Assembly (NCBI GenBank): GCA_021203765.1 | Contig: JAJQAN010000022.1 | Location: 1-63,494, forward strand | From: Coriobacteriaceae bacterium | GTDB taxonomy: Bacteria > Actinomycetota > Coriobacteriia > Coriobacteriales > QAMH01 | DNA length: 63,494 nucleotides | Reading direction: 5' to 3' | Shown here: positions 16,874 through 25,667 of the stretch, piece by piece | Layout of the letters: every line of letters begins with the position of its first letter | How positions within the stretch are numbered: position 1 is the stretch's first letter | Made by a program: the position numbers and the translations under genes | The notes under the pieces: generated by a model | Databases searched by the model: none | Seen by the model: only the letters and a program-made list of their open reading frames with translations | What the model was told of the DNA's origin: nothing

Positions 16874-19768
16874 ATGGAAAAGCAGACGCTAACACGACGT
16901 ACCTTTGTTGAGCTGGCTACGCTGACAAGCGCTGTGGCGGCTTTTGGCGTTTCATTCGGCTCCAAACTGGAAGAGCGTGAGCAGGCTTATGCGGCATCGG
17001 CACCGGAGCGTCAGGTCTATACCACGGTCTGCCACGGCTGCATCCAGGTGTGCCCGTGCAAGGTCTATGTGGAAGATGGGGTCGTCGTCAAGCTCGAAGG
17101 CCATCCCGATGCTCCCATCAACAAAGGCGGCATGTGCCTGAAGGGACTTGGGCAACTACAGACGATGTACAGTCCACGACGTGTCATTCATCCGCTCAAG
17201 CGTGCGGGCGAGCGCGGCACCAACGAATGGGAAGTTATCTCTTGGGACGAAGCCATCCAGCTCGGCGGCGAGCAGTTTGCAACGGCCATCGAAAAGTACG
17301 GCCCCTATTCTCTCTGGGGCGCTTCCGGTGGTGGCGGCCTTTATGCGTCCGAAATCGCAACGGGCATGCAGTACACCTTCGGCTGCGCCGTCGAGGCCTG
17401 CACCGGCGCACTGCAGTGTTATTGCCCGCGTTCCTCCATCGCCGCTCTGATGTGGTCTGGCTGGAATCAATCGATGGCCGATTCCGCCTGCCTGGAACCG
17501 CTGAACGAGTACAACCCGACCATGGAGGTTCTCGTCGAGTGGGGCGCACAGCCGGCGGTTTCTCAGACTGCACAAAGTGGCCGTGGTGTTGCAGATGCGC
17601 GCAGCGACCGTGGTTTGAAAACCATCGTCATCGATCCGAACATGTCACCCGATGCCGTCAAGGCGGATGTGTGGCTGCCGGTGCGTCCTGGCTCCGATAC
17701 CGCTATGGAGCTGGGTTGGCTGCGCTACATCATGGACAAGAAGCTCTACGATGAGGATTTCTGCAAGTATTGGACCAATCTGCCTTTCCTGATCAACACC
17801 GAGACGAAACTCCCCATCGAGGCCGAAGAGATCTGGCCGGATTACGTCAATCCGTGCATTGACCCGAACGAGGTCTATGACACACCGGCTTACGTGTGCT
17901 GGGATAACTTGACCGGCACCTATCAGCCGTTCCCCTTCTCGGCTCCCGAGGATGCGCAGGTCGATCCTGAACTCTTCAAAGAGGTCAAGATTCCCGAGCT
18001 GGGTGTCAAGGCGAAGACGGCTGGGCAGATCTACTGGGAAGAGGCGGAGCCGTGGACGCTCGAGCATACCGCCGAAATCACGAACGTCCCCGCTGACTTG
18101 ATCGAGGAGGCCCTGGAGCTTTATACCGGTGCCGAGCACGCCGGCATCGCCCATGGCGTCTTCTCGGACATGATGCAGATCAACGGTGAGGTGCCTCTCG
18201 GCTGTCTGGCCATCGATTTCATGATGGGTCATGCAAACCAGCCAGGTGCCACGCTGACGAACCGTGGTGAGGAGTCCCTCTCCACGTCGCGTCCGACCGG
18301 GCCGTACAAGCTGCTTGTCATCTCATACCAGCTGGAGCGCTGGTGGTTCGGTATCAGCTGGACCATCGGATGGACCAAAAAGCAGAATGACAAGAACATC
18401 AAGGAGCAGCTCAAGGAGCTCGGCAAACACAACGACCATCCGGAGCAACGACGCGACCAGATGGCGCAGGCCATCAAAGACCGCCTCGGTGTCGTGCACC
18501 ACAAAGCTGCCCAGTATTGGGAGCAGACAGGTCCCGGCATGATTCGCGAAGCGGTCGAGACCGGCGAGCCCTATCGTCCCAGGCTGCTGTACGAAGTGTC
18601 GGGCAACAAGATGGCGATGATCGCCAACGCCACACAATGGGGCAAGGCCATGAGGGAGAACCTGGATTTCGCGATCCAGCAGTATCCGATGATCACGTCC
18701 GAGACGATCGAATATATCGATCTCTTCTATCCGACGGTCGAATGGCTCGAATACAACAACGGCATCAACCTGACCGTTCAGTGCAACACACAGTGGCTGC
18801 GCCGCTCCGTTGTGCACATCGGCGAAACCGTGCACCCAGAACAGGCTTATACGCTGACCGTCAACAAGTGCTGTGACATCTTGGGCGGATACGACAAGAT
18901 TTTGAGCCATGACTTCGTATACGTGCTCGGCATGTTCGATAACTATGATGAGAAAAAAGCCGAATGGGCGGCCGTGTACGGTGCGCCTTCATGGGACGAA
19001 CTCATCAACAACCAGGACAAGTACTCACCGCTTGTTACGCCCCCGGAGGAGTTCTGGTATTACTACCAGCATGAAAACATCGTAGATGACGGCTTACCGG
19101 CGGGCTTCGGCACCGAGTCACGTAAGATCGAGGTCTACTGCTCGGCCAACATCAAGATGGCCCGCACGGGCTTCCCGTACGTCTATCCGTACGATCTCGA
19201 CCCCTGCGACGACTATCCGGCCATCTGCCAGTATCTCGAAAACGAAGAAAACGCCCTGACCGACACCGAGTACCCGCTCACGTTCACGTCTGGTCGCGTG
19301 CACTACTGGCATCACGGCACCATGCGGCACTGCGCCTTTAACCGCGAACTGCTTCCTGCGCCCGATTGCCGCATCAACCCGGAGACCGCCAAAAAATACG
19401 GTATCGAGCATGGCGACTGGGTGAAGATCACCTCCCGCCGCGGGTCGACGCATGGCCGTGCCTATGTGACCAAAGGCGTTGCACCCGACACGGTGTTCCA
19501 AGAGCGTTTCTGGAATCCGGAATGCTACGACGACACACAAAGGGATCCGTCGAACGGCTGGGAGGAATGTAACGTCAACGTCTTGACCCCCGATACGGCA
19601 CGCTCACGCATGTATGGAGGATCCACGTACCGTGGGTTCCAGGTCAAGATCGAAAAATCCGAGCGCCCGCCGCGCATCTGGGTGGAGCCGGAGGAATTCG
19701 AACCGTTTATGCCGACGCTGCAAAATGAGCCGCTGACGAATGAAGATGAGGTGTTGCCCAATGCGTAG
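16874..19768 (+). CDS. Molybdopterin (bis-MGD) oxidoreductase catalytic subunit, DMSO-reductase superfamily, Tat-exported, substrate unknown
   Basis: 964 aa. The twin-arginine signal is MEKQTLTRRTFVELATLTSAVAAFG. The N-terminal FS0 motif is CHGCIQVCPCK...GGMCLKG. Domain order is MopB-like. RBS GAGGAGG. Confidence 0.9.
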   Translation: MEKQTLTRRTFVELATLTSAVAAFGVSFGSKLEEREQAYAASAPERQVYTTVCHGCIQVCPCKVYVEDGVVVKLEGHPDAPINKGGMCLKGLGQLQTMYSPRRVIHPLKRAGERGTNEWEVISWDEAIQLGGEQFATAIEKYGPYSLWGASGGGGLYASEIATGMQYTFGCAVEACTGALQCYCPRSSIAALMWSGWNQSMADSACLEPLNEYNPTMEVLVEWGAQPAVSQTAQSGRGVADARSDRGLKTIVIDPNMSPDAVKADVWLPVRPGSDTAMELGWLRYIMDKKLYDEDFCKYWTNLPFLINTETKLPIEAEEIWPDYVNPCIDPNEVYDTPAYVCWDNLTGTYQPFPFSAPEDAQVDPELFKEVKIPELGVKAKTAGQIYWEEAEPWTLEHTAEITNVPADLIEEALELYTGAEHAGIAHGVFSDMMQINGEVPLGCLAIDFMMGHANQPGATLTNRGEESLSTSRPTGPYKLLVISYQLERWWFGISWTIGWTKKQNDKNIKEQLKELGKHNDHPEQRRDQMAQAIKDRLGVVHHKAAQYWEQTGPGMIREAVETGEPYRPRLLYEVSGNKMAMIANATQWGKAMRENLDFAIQQYPMITSETIEYIDLFYPTVEWLEYNNGINLTVQCNTQWLRRSVVHIGETVHPEQAYTLTVNKCCDILGGYDKILSHDFVYVLGMFDNYDEKKAEWAAVYGAPSWDELINNQDKYSPLVTPPEEFWYYYQHENIVDDGLPAGFGTESRKIEVYCSANIKMARTGFPYVYPYDLDPCDDYPAICQYLENEENALTDTEYPLTFTSGRVHYWHHGTMRHCAFNRELLPAPDCRINPETAKKYGIEHGDWVKITSRRGSTHGRAYVTKGVAPDTVFQERFWNPECYDDTQRDPSNGWEECNVNVLTPDTARSRMYGGSTYRGFQVKIEKSERPPRIWVEPEEFEPFMPTLQNEPLTNEDEVLPNA

Positions 19769-20351
19769 GACACTCGTTATCAACCTTGACCGCTGTTCTG
19801 GCTGTGACAGTTGCGTGACCGTCTGCAAGTATGAGAACGGTCTACAGCTGGGGGAATATTACAACCGTGTGGTGGCGGTCGGACCGTACGGTGACTTCCC
19901 TCGTGTATCCATGTACTGGCTGCCGATCCAATGCCAGCAATGTGAGAACCCGCAATGCGTGCATGTGTGCCCGACGGGCGCAAGTTATCGCGACGAAAAG
20001 ACAGGCGTCGTTCTGGTCAACGCGGATAAGTGCATCGGCTGCTCGTACTGCATCTACGCCTGCCCCTACGGCGTTCGTTCTTTGAACAAAGAGACGAACG
20101 TCGCACAGAAGTGCACCCTCTGCTCGCAGCTGACAGCAGATGGCAGCGATGTACCGGTTTGTGTGCACAACTGCCCGACCGGCGCTCGCTTCTTCGGAGA
20201 TTTGGATGATCCGGACAGCGAAGCCTCCCAAGAGCTTGCACGCTATGACGACGATTGCATCCACAGCTTGTCGGATCCGAAAAATGCCGGACCGACCTGC
20301 AAGTATATCCTGTCGCCTAAATACGCCGAGTGGAAGGAGATTCACCAATGA
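19761..20351 (+). CDS. 4Fe-4S ferredoxin-type electron-transfer subunit (DmsB/PsrB-like)
   Basis: MRRTLVINLDRCSGCDSCVTVCK, CQQCENPQCVHVCP, CIGCSYCIYACP and CTLC...CVHNCP. The ATG overlaps the catalytic-subunit stop by 8 nt. Confidence 0.9.
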   Translation: MRRTLVINLDRCSGCDSCVTVCKYENGLQLGEYYNRVVAVGPYGDFPRVSMYWLPIQCQQCENPQCVHVCPTGASYRDEKTGVVLVNADKCIGCSYCIYACPYGVRSLNKETNVAQKCTLCSQLTADGSDVPVCVHNCPTGARFFGDLDDPDSEASQELARYDDDCIHSLSDPKNAGPTCKYILSPKYAEWKEIHQ

Positions 20352-21211
20352 ACCTCGATATTCAATGGCCCCTGGTTCTCTTTTCTCTGATTGCCGGTGC
20401 AGGTGGCGCGCTTGCATGCTTCGTAGGCATCTCCGAGCTGATCGGTAAGGCCCGCCAAGCACGGTTCATCGGCATCATCGTGGCGATCATCCTGACGGCG
20501 GTCGGCGGCGCTTTCTCCCTGCTGCACCTGCAGGTACCGCAAAACGTGATGGCGGCTATCACCAATCTCGGGTCCTTTTCGGGCATCTCCCTTGAATTGA
20601 TGATGGTTGGTCTCACGATAGTCATTGGCATCATCTACGCGATTTTGATCAAACGTGATGTCGCCGCGGTCGCTCTGAAGGTGTTTGCCGTGCTGTCCAT
20701 CCTCAGTGGTCTGGTGCTGACCTTTATCTGCGGGCACGGCTACGTCATCGAGTCGCGAGCATTCTGGGATACCGAATTGCTGCCGCTTGCCTATATGGGC
20801 TCGTCGCTGCCCATCGGCGCCTTCCTCTTCTTGGCGATTGCCAAGGGCATGAAGGCCTCTACCGAAGATTTGCGTGGATTTCGAATCTATACCATTGCGG
20901 CGGTCGTTATTTCCGTTGCCTTCCTGGCGGCGTATTTGATCTTCGTCGGAGCCGATGTGGCCGGGCGTAACATCCTGGTCTCCTGGATCGGCGTCCTGGT
21001 CTGCGGCATCGTCGCGGTCATCGTCTTTTTGATCGTGTATTTGCTCAATACCAACACGAAGTCGTTCATGCCGATTGTCTGCATTGCGCTTGCGTTTGCA
21101 ATCATTGGCGCAGGCAGCGTCAGAGTCATGATGTGGGTTGCGAGCGACCCGTATTTCAACGCCTGGTACATCGAGGCGAATGACATCAACATCCTGACGG
21201 ACGATTACTAG
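20348..21211 (+). CDS. Polytopic membrane anchor subunit (DmsC/NrfD-like)
   Basis: 287 aa with about 8 hydrophobic helices. ATGA overlap with the stop of the ferredoxin subunit. Confidence 0.75.
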   Translation: MNLDIQWPLVLFSLIAGAGGALACFVGISELIGKARQARFIGIIVAIILTAVGGAFSLLHLQVPQNVMAAITNLGSFSGISLELMMVGLTIVIGIIYAILIKRDVAAVALKVFAVLSILSGLVLTFICGHGYVIESRAFWDTELLPLAYMGSSLPIGAFLFLAIAKGMKASTEDLRGFRIYTIAAVVISVAFLAAYLIFVGADVAGRNILVSWIGVLVCGIVAVIVFLIVYLLNTNTKSFMPIVCIALAFAIIGAGSVRVMMWVASDPYFNAWYIEANDINILTDDY

Positions 21212-21221
21212 AGCTTGCATG

Positions 21222-21253
21222 TGCAACCGCCCCGTCGATCAGGGGCGGTTGCA
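21222..21253 (+). terminator. Perfect 12-bp GC-rich stem-loop (TGCAACCGCCCC-N8-GGGGCGGTTGCA) between the anchor gene and the TorD-like gene
   Basis: Seen directly 11 nt after the anchor gene stop. There is no U-tract, so it may be an attenuator or RNA-stability element rather than a full terminator. Confidence 0.35.
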
Positions 21254-21334
21254 AGCCGGAGGCCCACAGTGAGTCGCTGCGGGTCTTCGGCTTGCTACAG
21301 AAAGTTCAACGGCAGAGAAGACGGGAGGACGACG

Positions 21335-22111
21335 ATGGCGACCAAGGAAGAAGCAATCGAAATCGTTGAAGCTCGCGCTAGCATGTATGAGACCTTGGCG
21401 AGCTTGTACTTCGACCCCGTAAGCGAAGAACGCATCGAGGCCATGGCGGCGCAGGATTATACGGATTTGCGCAATAATCCGAATGAACTCATTGCAAGCG
21501 GGTTTAACGATATCTACCGTTACCTGCGTAAACGCAATACCGGAACGCGTCAAGAGCTGTCGGTTGATTTTACGTCCTGCTTTCTTGGGATGCACTCGTA
21601 TAAGGGGCTCGTTGCGCAGCCCTATGAATCCCTCTTCTTGGATCCGAGTGGAGAACTGTATGCAGCTCCTCGGAAAGAGGTTCACAGCTTCTACAAGCGT
21701 GAATGCGTCGCGCTGCAGTCTGGCTACGACTATCCGGAAGACCACTTGGCGTTCGAATGCGAGTTCATGTCCATCCTCTGCCATCGGACGTCCGCTGCGC
21801 TCGAAGAAGACAATACGGACGAAGCGCTCCGGCTGCTCGACGTACAGAGCGAGTTCATGGAAGAGCATATCAACCGCTGGTTCCGCCGCCTTCATGACCT
21901 GGCGCTGAAATTTATCAAGACACGTTTTTATCGGGGCGTGCTTGATATCACCCAAGGATTCTTCGACAGCGAACCAGCGTCCATCAGCAACATCTCTGAA
22001 GAGATTACAAAAGGCTTCGAACCTGCTCCTGAAAAAGAGGATGCGGGAGAGGAATCGACGGTGGAGACCAGCAAGCCAGAAGAGGACGCGGCCGCCGAAG
22101 GCGCCGAATAG
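21335..22111 (+). CDS. TorD/DmsD-family redox-enzyme maturation chaperone with an acidic C-terminal tail
   Basis: Start at MATKEEAIEIVEARASMYETLASLYF (RBS GGGAGGA). PEDHLAFECEFMSIL is the typical TorD-family core. Confidence 0.75.
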   Translation: MATKEEAIEIVEARASMYETLASLYFDPVSEERIEAMAAQDYTDLRNNPNELIASGFNDIYRYLRKRNTGTRQELSVDFTSCFLGMHSYKGLVAQPYESLFLDPSGELYAAPRKEVHSFYKRECVALQSGYDYPEDHLAFECEFMSILCHRTSAALEEDNTDEALRLLDVQSEFMEEHINRWFRRLHDLALKFIKTRFYRGVLDITQGFFDSEPASISNISEEITKGFEPAPEKEDAGEESTVETSKPEEDAAAEGAE

Positions 22112-22146
22112 AACCGACACCAATCAAGAGAAAACGAGGTGGCATC

Positions 22147-22812
22147 ATGCCTTCAGCCGAAGATTCCGAAAACAAGGAAGCTGATGAAACGGCGACAGAG
22201 ACGCCGAAAACCTCCGGAATCACCCGCCGTTCGTTTGTCTACGGCGGGGGAGGTATCGTCGCGTTGTTGGCGCTCGGGGGTGTGTCGGTTGCCATCGGTG
22301 ACGACAAGAGCCTGATTAGGCCTCCAGGGGCAAACGAGTCCTCTTCGTTTCTCGCCCAGTGCATACGCTGTGACCGGTGTAGAAGCGCCTGTCCCCGTGA
22401 CGCGATCGGCGTCGCAAAGCTCGGCAGCGGTCTTATGGCGGTACGGACGCCGACGATGGAGTTTCGCAAGGGGTATTGCGACACCTGCGATGGAGATTAT
22501 CTCTGCATCGAAGTCTGCGACACCGGTGCCTTGGGCGCCTTCGATCCTACAACAGACAAGATCGGCATGGCCGTCATCGATGAGGAGAAATGTGAGACCT
22601 ACCTCATCTCCGCATCGTGTGGTCGGGTGTGTATGGATGCCTGTCCTGCAAACGCCTTGGTAGAAGATGAAGAAGGCCGGGTACATGTCGACGAAGATGC
22701 ATGTTGGGGCTGTGGGGCATGCGAGTACGTGTGTCCGGCGAATGCATACCGTGCCTATGACGGCAGCCCAATGCGGGGAGTCAATATCGAACCACTGGAG
22801 CGTGATCTGTAA
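22147..22812 (+). CDS. NapG/MauM-like Tat-signal poly-ferredoxin (four 4Fe-4S motifs)
   Basis: The Tat motif is ITRRSFVYGGGG. Cluster motifs are CIRCDRCRSACP, CDTCDGDYLCIEVC, C...CGRVCMDACP and CWGCGACEYVCP. Confidence 0.8.
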   Translation: MPSAEDSENKEADETATETPKTSGITRRSFVYGGGGIVALLALGGVSVAIGDDKSLIRPPGANESSSFLAQCIRCDRCRSACPRDAIGVAKLGSGLMAVRTPTMEFRKGYCDTCDGDYLCIEVCDTGALGAFDPTTDKIGMAVIDEEKCETYLISASCGRVCMDACPANALVEDEEGRVHVDEDACWGCGACEYVCPANAYRAYDGSPMRGVNIEPLERDL

Positions 22813-23756
22813 TGGCAGAGCAGACGAAAGAAAAACGCACCCGTCCCTATTTGCGCATTCGCACGGTCGTACGTCTTGTCATTCTGGTGCTGATCGCCGC
22901 CGGCCTCATCTTCAATCTCGGCTGGGGGAGCTATTCGAGCGAGGGAATCGGTTTTATCGCAGCCATCTGCCCGCTCGGTGCGCTTGAAAGCATTTTTGGA
23001 AGTTGGGCCTTTGTCCCGCGTCTGATCATAGCCCTCGTCGCTATCTGCATCATCATCTGGTTGGCTGGCAGATCCTTCTGCTCCTGGATGTGTCCCGTTC
23101 CTCCGCTCTCCCGGTTTTTCCGAACGCGTAAGCAGCGTGAGCGCGAAGCGAAGGAACAGTCCGAAGCAGGAATCGTTGCCTACGACCGTTATTGTGAGTC
23201 TTGCAAGGACGGAGACAAGGGATGCCAAGGCGGATGCTCCCACACCAAGACAAAATTCGACTCTCGCACAGCGGTCCTGTGCGGAACGCTCGGATCTGCC
23301 GCGATTTTCGGCTTTCCCGTGTTCTGCCTGATCTGCCCGGTCGGACTGACCTGTGCGACGCTGGTAGCTCTCATGCGCTTCATCGGCTTCAACGAACCCT
23401 CGTGGGGCCTGCTGGTCTTTCCCGTCGTCGTTATCTTGGAGATGACCGTTCTGCGCAAGTGGTGCTCGAAGATCTGCCCGATTTCCGCGCTTATGTCGCT
23501 CATCGGACGTCTCAATCGCACTTTCCGTCCGAAGGTCGACACGGAAAAATGTATCCGGTCAGCCAACGGCGACGCATGCCATGCATGCGCGAGCGCCTGT
23601 CCGGTACATATCGATCCGCACAGCAATCTCGGTTTGGTTTCGACAACCGAGTGTACGCGCTGCGGACACTGCGCCGAGGCGTGTCCGACCGGAGCTATTA
23701 CCTTTCCTTTTATAGCGAGACGAGGACAAAATAAGAGCAAGAAAACTGCTGCTTAG
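22812..23756 (+). CDS. NapH/MauN-like integral membrane iron-sulfur protein (putative quinol dehydrogenase partner)
   Basis: TM helices carry CPLGALE, CSWMCPV, CLICPVG and CSKICPISAL. The C-terminal motifs are CHACASACP and CTRCGHCAEACP. The start shares one nt with the upstream stop (TAATG). Confidence 0.8.
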   Translation: MAEQTKEKRTRPYLRIRTVVRLVILVLIAAGLIFNLGWGSYSSEGIGFIAAICPLGALESIFGSWAFVPRLIIALVAICIIIWLAGRSFCSWMCPVPPLSRFFRTRKQREREAKEQSEAGIVAYDRYCESCKDGDKGCQGGCSHTKTKFDSRTAVLCGTLGSAAIFGFPVFCLICPVGLTCATLVALMRFIGFNEPSWGLLVFPVVVILEMTVLRKWCSKICPISALMSLIGRLNRTFRPKVDTEKCIRSANGDACHACASACPVHIDPHSNLGLVSTTECTRCGHCAEACPTGAITFPFIARRGQNKSKKTAA

Positions 23757-23773
23757 CATTGGAAATGACCAAG

Positions 23774-23856
23774 CTGCGCGTGCTAAGATTGATGGGCGAT
23801 ACCTCGGAGGGACCTGAAGTCAGGATGTAGGTGTTGTTCAGGCAGCGCGTGCTGAG
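23774..23856 (+). repeat. Direct repeat CnGCGCGTGCTrAG (23774-23787 and 23843-23856), 69 bp apart, upstream of the LuxR-type gene
   Basis: CTGCGCGTGCTAAG versus CAGCGCGTGCTGAG, 12/14 identical, read directly. Confidence 0.3.
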
Positions 23857-23900
23857 TGTTGTGCCGCGTGACCGTAGATTTCTATGGTGGGAGGCACGGT

Positions 23901-25586
23901 ATGTCACGCGAGCGGGACTCTTCAGATGTACTGACATTCGGCGGCTTAAGGTTGTCCGCAACCGACTTCATGTTGATTCTCGCCTTTGGGTCGGTCTTCT
24001 CCTTTCTGTGGCTGACCATCAATTACGGGCTCTGCAATCCAACCGAAAATTTCATGACCTTTGATATCGGGGTCATCGCGGCTTTGTGTCTGATGGGTCT
24101 GCTCGCAATCGTCATGTATCGTCGTTTTGAAGCGGTTGCTGCTTTCATTTCCAGACCTTTGTTTTTGCTTGCCTGTAGTCTGGTCTGCGCTGCCTGCTCT
24201 TTTATCCTCGTCTCCCACCTGCTTGCGTCGTCTACCATCGGAACCCTGATTGTCCTCATCGTTTGTATCTGCACGTTTTGTATCCTTTTGTTCCACGTCC
24301 TGCGTGAACTGATCTGTCATATTCGGGAATCGTCGTTTCTTGCGGTCTTGCATGCTTCCCTTGTTCTTTCGTTCATCCTTTATGCTGCCGTTCTTCTGCT
24401 GAACGGGCTCGCAACGAATATTCTATTCGCTGCGCTACCTCTTATTGCCGCTCTTGCCATCGTCGCTTTTTATCGTATGGACGCCTCTTCTGAAAGCCTG
24501 CCAGCGTCCCCGTTTTGGATCTCGCCGCATTCCGTCGTCGCGTCCTCGATCGAAGAGGAAGGAGTAGAGGAACCGCGTGTCGTGGAGGCTGATGAACATC
24601 AAGCGACGTCGCCGCAAACGAGCACCCGTGCGAGAAGAGCCCTCTATAGGATGGCCGTTCTTTTCGGACTTTTCGGCTTCTATGTCGCTTTTGAGCGTCT
24701 GTGGATGATCGAGACAACAAGCTGGAACTCAGAGCAGTTCCTCACCGGAGCGTCATCAGCGCTGGCCATCTTGGCAATCCTTGGACTTGTAATCTTGGTT
24801 GCTATCGCCTGTAACACGACTCTGCGCTTTGTGCATGCCTATTACATTATCGGGGGTTTCGGTCTCTGTTTTGCGCCGATGATTATCGTTTTGACGGGCG
24901 TCAATTTTGAACCGGTCCGTATCATCGAAGACGGTTCTTATGCACTGCTGATGCTGTCGGCCACCTATGCGATGTTTTCCTGTGTGCATCGCCACCGATT
25001 GCAGCCGGACAAGGTCATTGCCATTTCGACCGGCATCGCCTGTCTTGGTGTCGCCGCGGGATGGGGCGCGCAACTCATCATCCTCGCTGTGCGGAACGGC
25101 GTCGAACTTGACACGGTGTATATCCTCGCTCTGACCTTCATCGTATTGGCCTATTTCCTCTTCGGCTTTTCTCCCGATGCTTACAACCAACTGATAGTGG
25201 GGGCTCTTCCCTCGGAGAATGTGACCAATGCAGGCACTTGCAACAGCACTGACCGTGCGCCGCGTTCTGCTCCTGCTGATGATGCGAATCAGGCATCTGG
25301 AGAGGGGCAGTACGGCCATGTCACTTTCAAGGAGGCCGCTGAGAGTTTGGCGCAAAAGAGCGACCTTTCAAAGCGGGAGACCGAGATACTGTTCCACATG
25401 ATCAAAGGTCACAGCGATCAGCGCATTGCCGACGAGCTGACGGTCAGCTACCACACCGTGCGCTCCCATGTCCGTCATATCTATACCAAAATGGATGTGC
25501 ACGATCGCGAGAGTCTGCTCGATGCCATTGCAGAAGAACAGGACAACTCCCAACCAGACGCCCCCGCCACTTCCTCCAGGGCATAA
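23901..25586 (+). CDS. Membrane-embedded LuxR-family one-component transcriptional regulator
   Basis: About a dozen hydrophobic segments are followed by the C-terminal HTH SKRETEILFHMIKGHSDQRIADELTVSYHTVRSHVRHIYTKMDV. ATG at 23901 with RBS GGGAGG. Confidence 0.85.
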   Translation: MSRERDSSDVLTFGGLRLSATDFMLILAFGSVFSFLWLTINYGLCNPTENFMTFDIGVIAALCLMGLLAIVMYRRFEAVAAFISRPLFLLACSLVCAACSFILVSHLLASSTIGTLIVLIVCICTFCILLFHVLRELICHIRESSFLAVLHASLVLSFILYAAVLLLNGLATNILFAALPLIAALAIVAFYRMDASSESLPASPFWISPHSVVASSIEEEGVEEPRVVEADEHQATSPQTSTRARRALYRMAVLFGLFGFYVAFERLWMIETTSWNSEQFLTGASSALAILAILGLVILVAIACNTTLRFVHAYYIIGGFGLCFAPMIIVLTGVNFEPVRIIEDGSYALLMLSATYAMFSCVHRHRLQPDKVIAISTGIACLGVAAGWGAQLIILAVRNGVELDTVYILALTFIVLAYFLFGFSPDAYNQLIVGALPSENVTNAGTCNSTDRAPRSAPADDANQASGEGQYGHVTFKEAAESLAQKSDLSKRETEILFHMIKGHSDQRIADELTVSYHTVRSHVRHIYTKMDVHDRESLLDAIAEEQDNSQPDAPATSSRA

Positions 25587-25667
25587 AAGACGTATACCGC
25601 TGCGCTGGGACCTGTCCTCGAATAGGGGATCGGTCGTAAGTCGGGCGTACGTGAACGGCGAGAGATC

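Noticed and set aside
16874-19768. A possible in-frame UGA selenocysteine, or a frameshift, in the molybdoenzyme catalytic subunit.
   Set aside because: The 964-codon ORF is uninterrupted from the Tat signal to the stop and needs no recoding. No SECIS-like requirement is evident.
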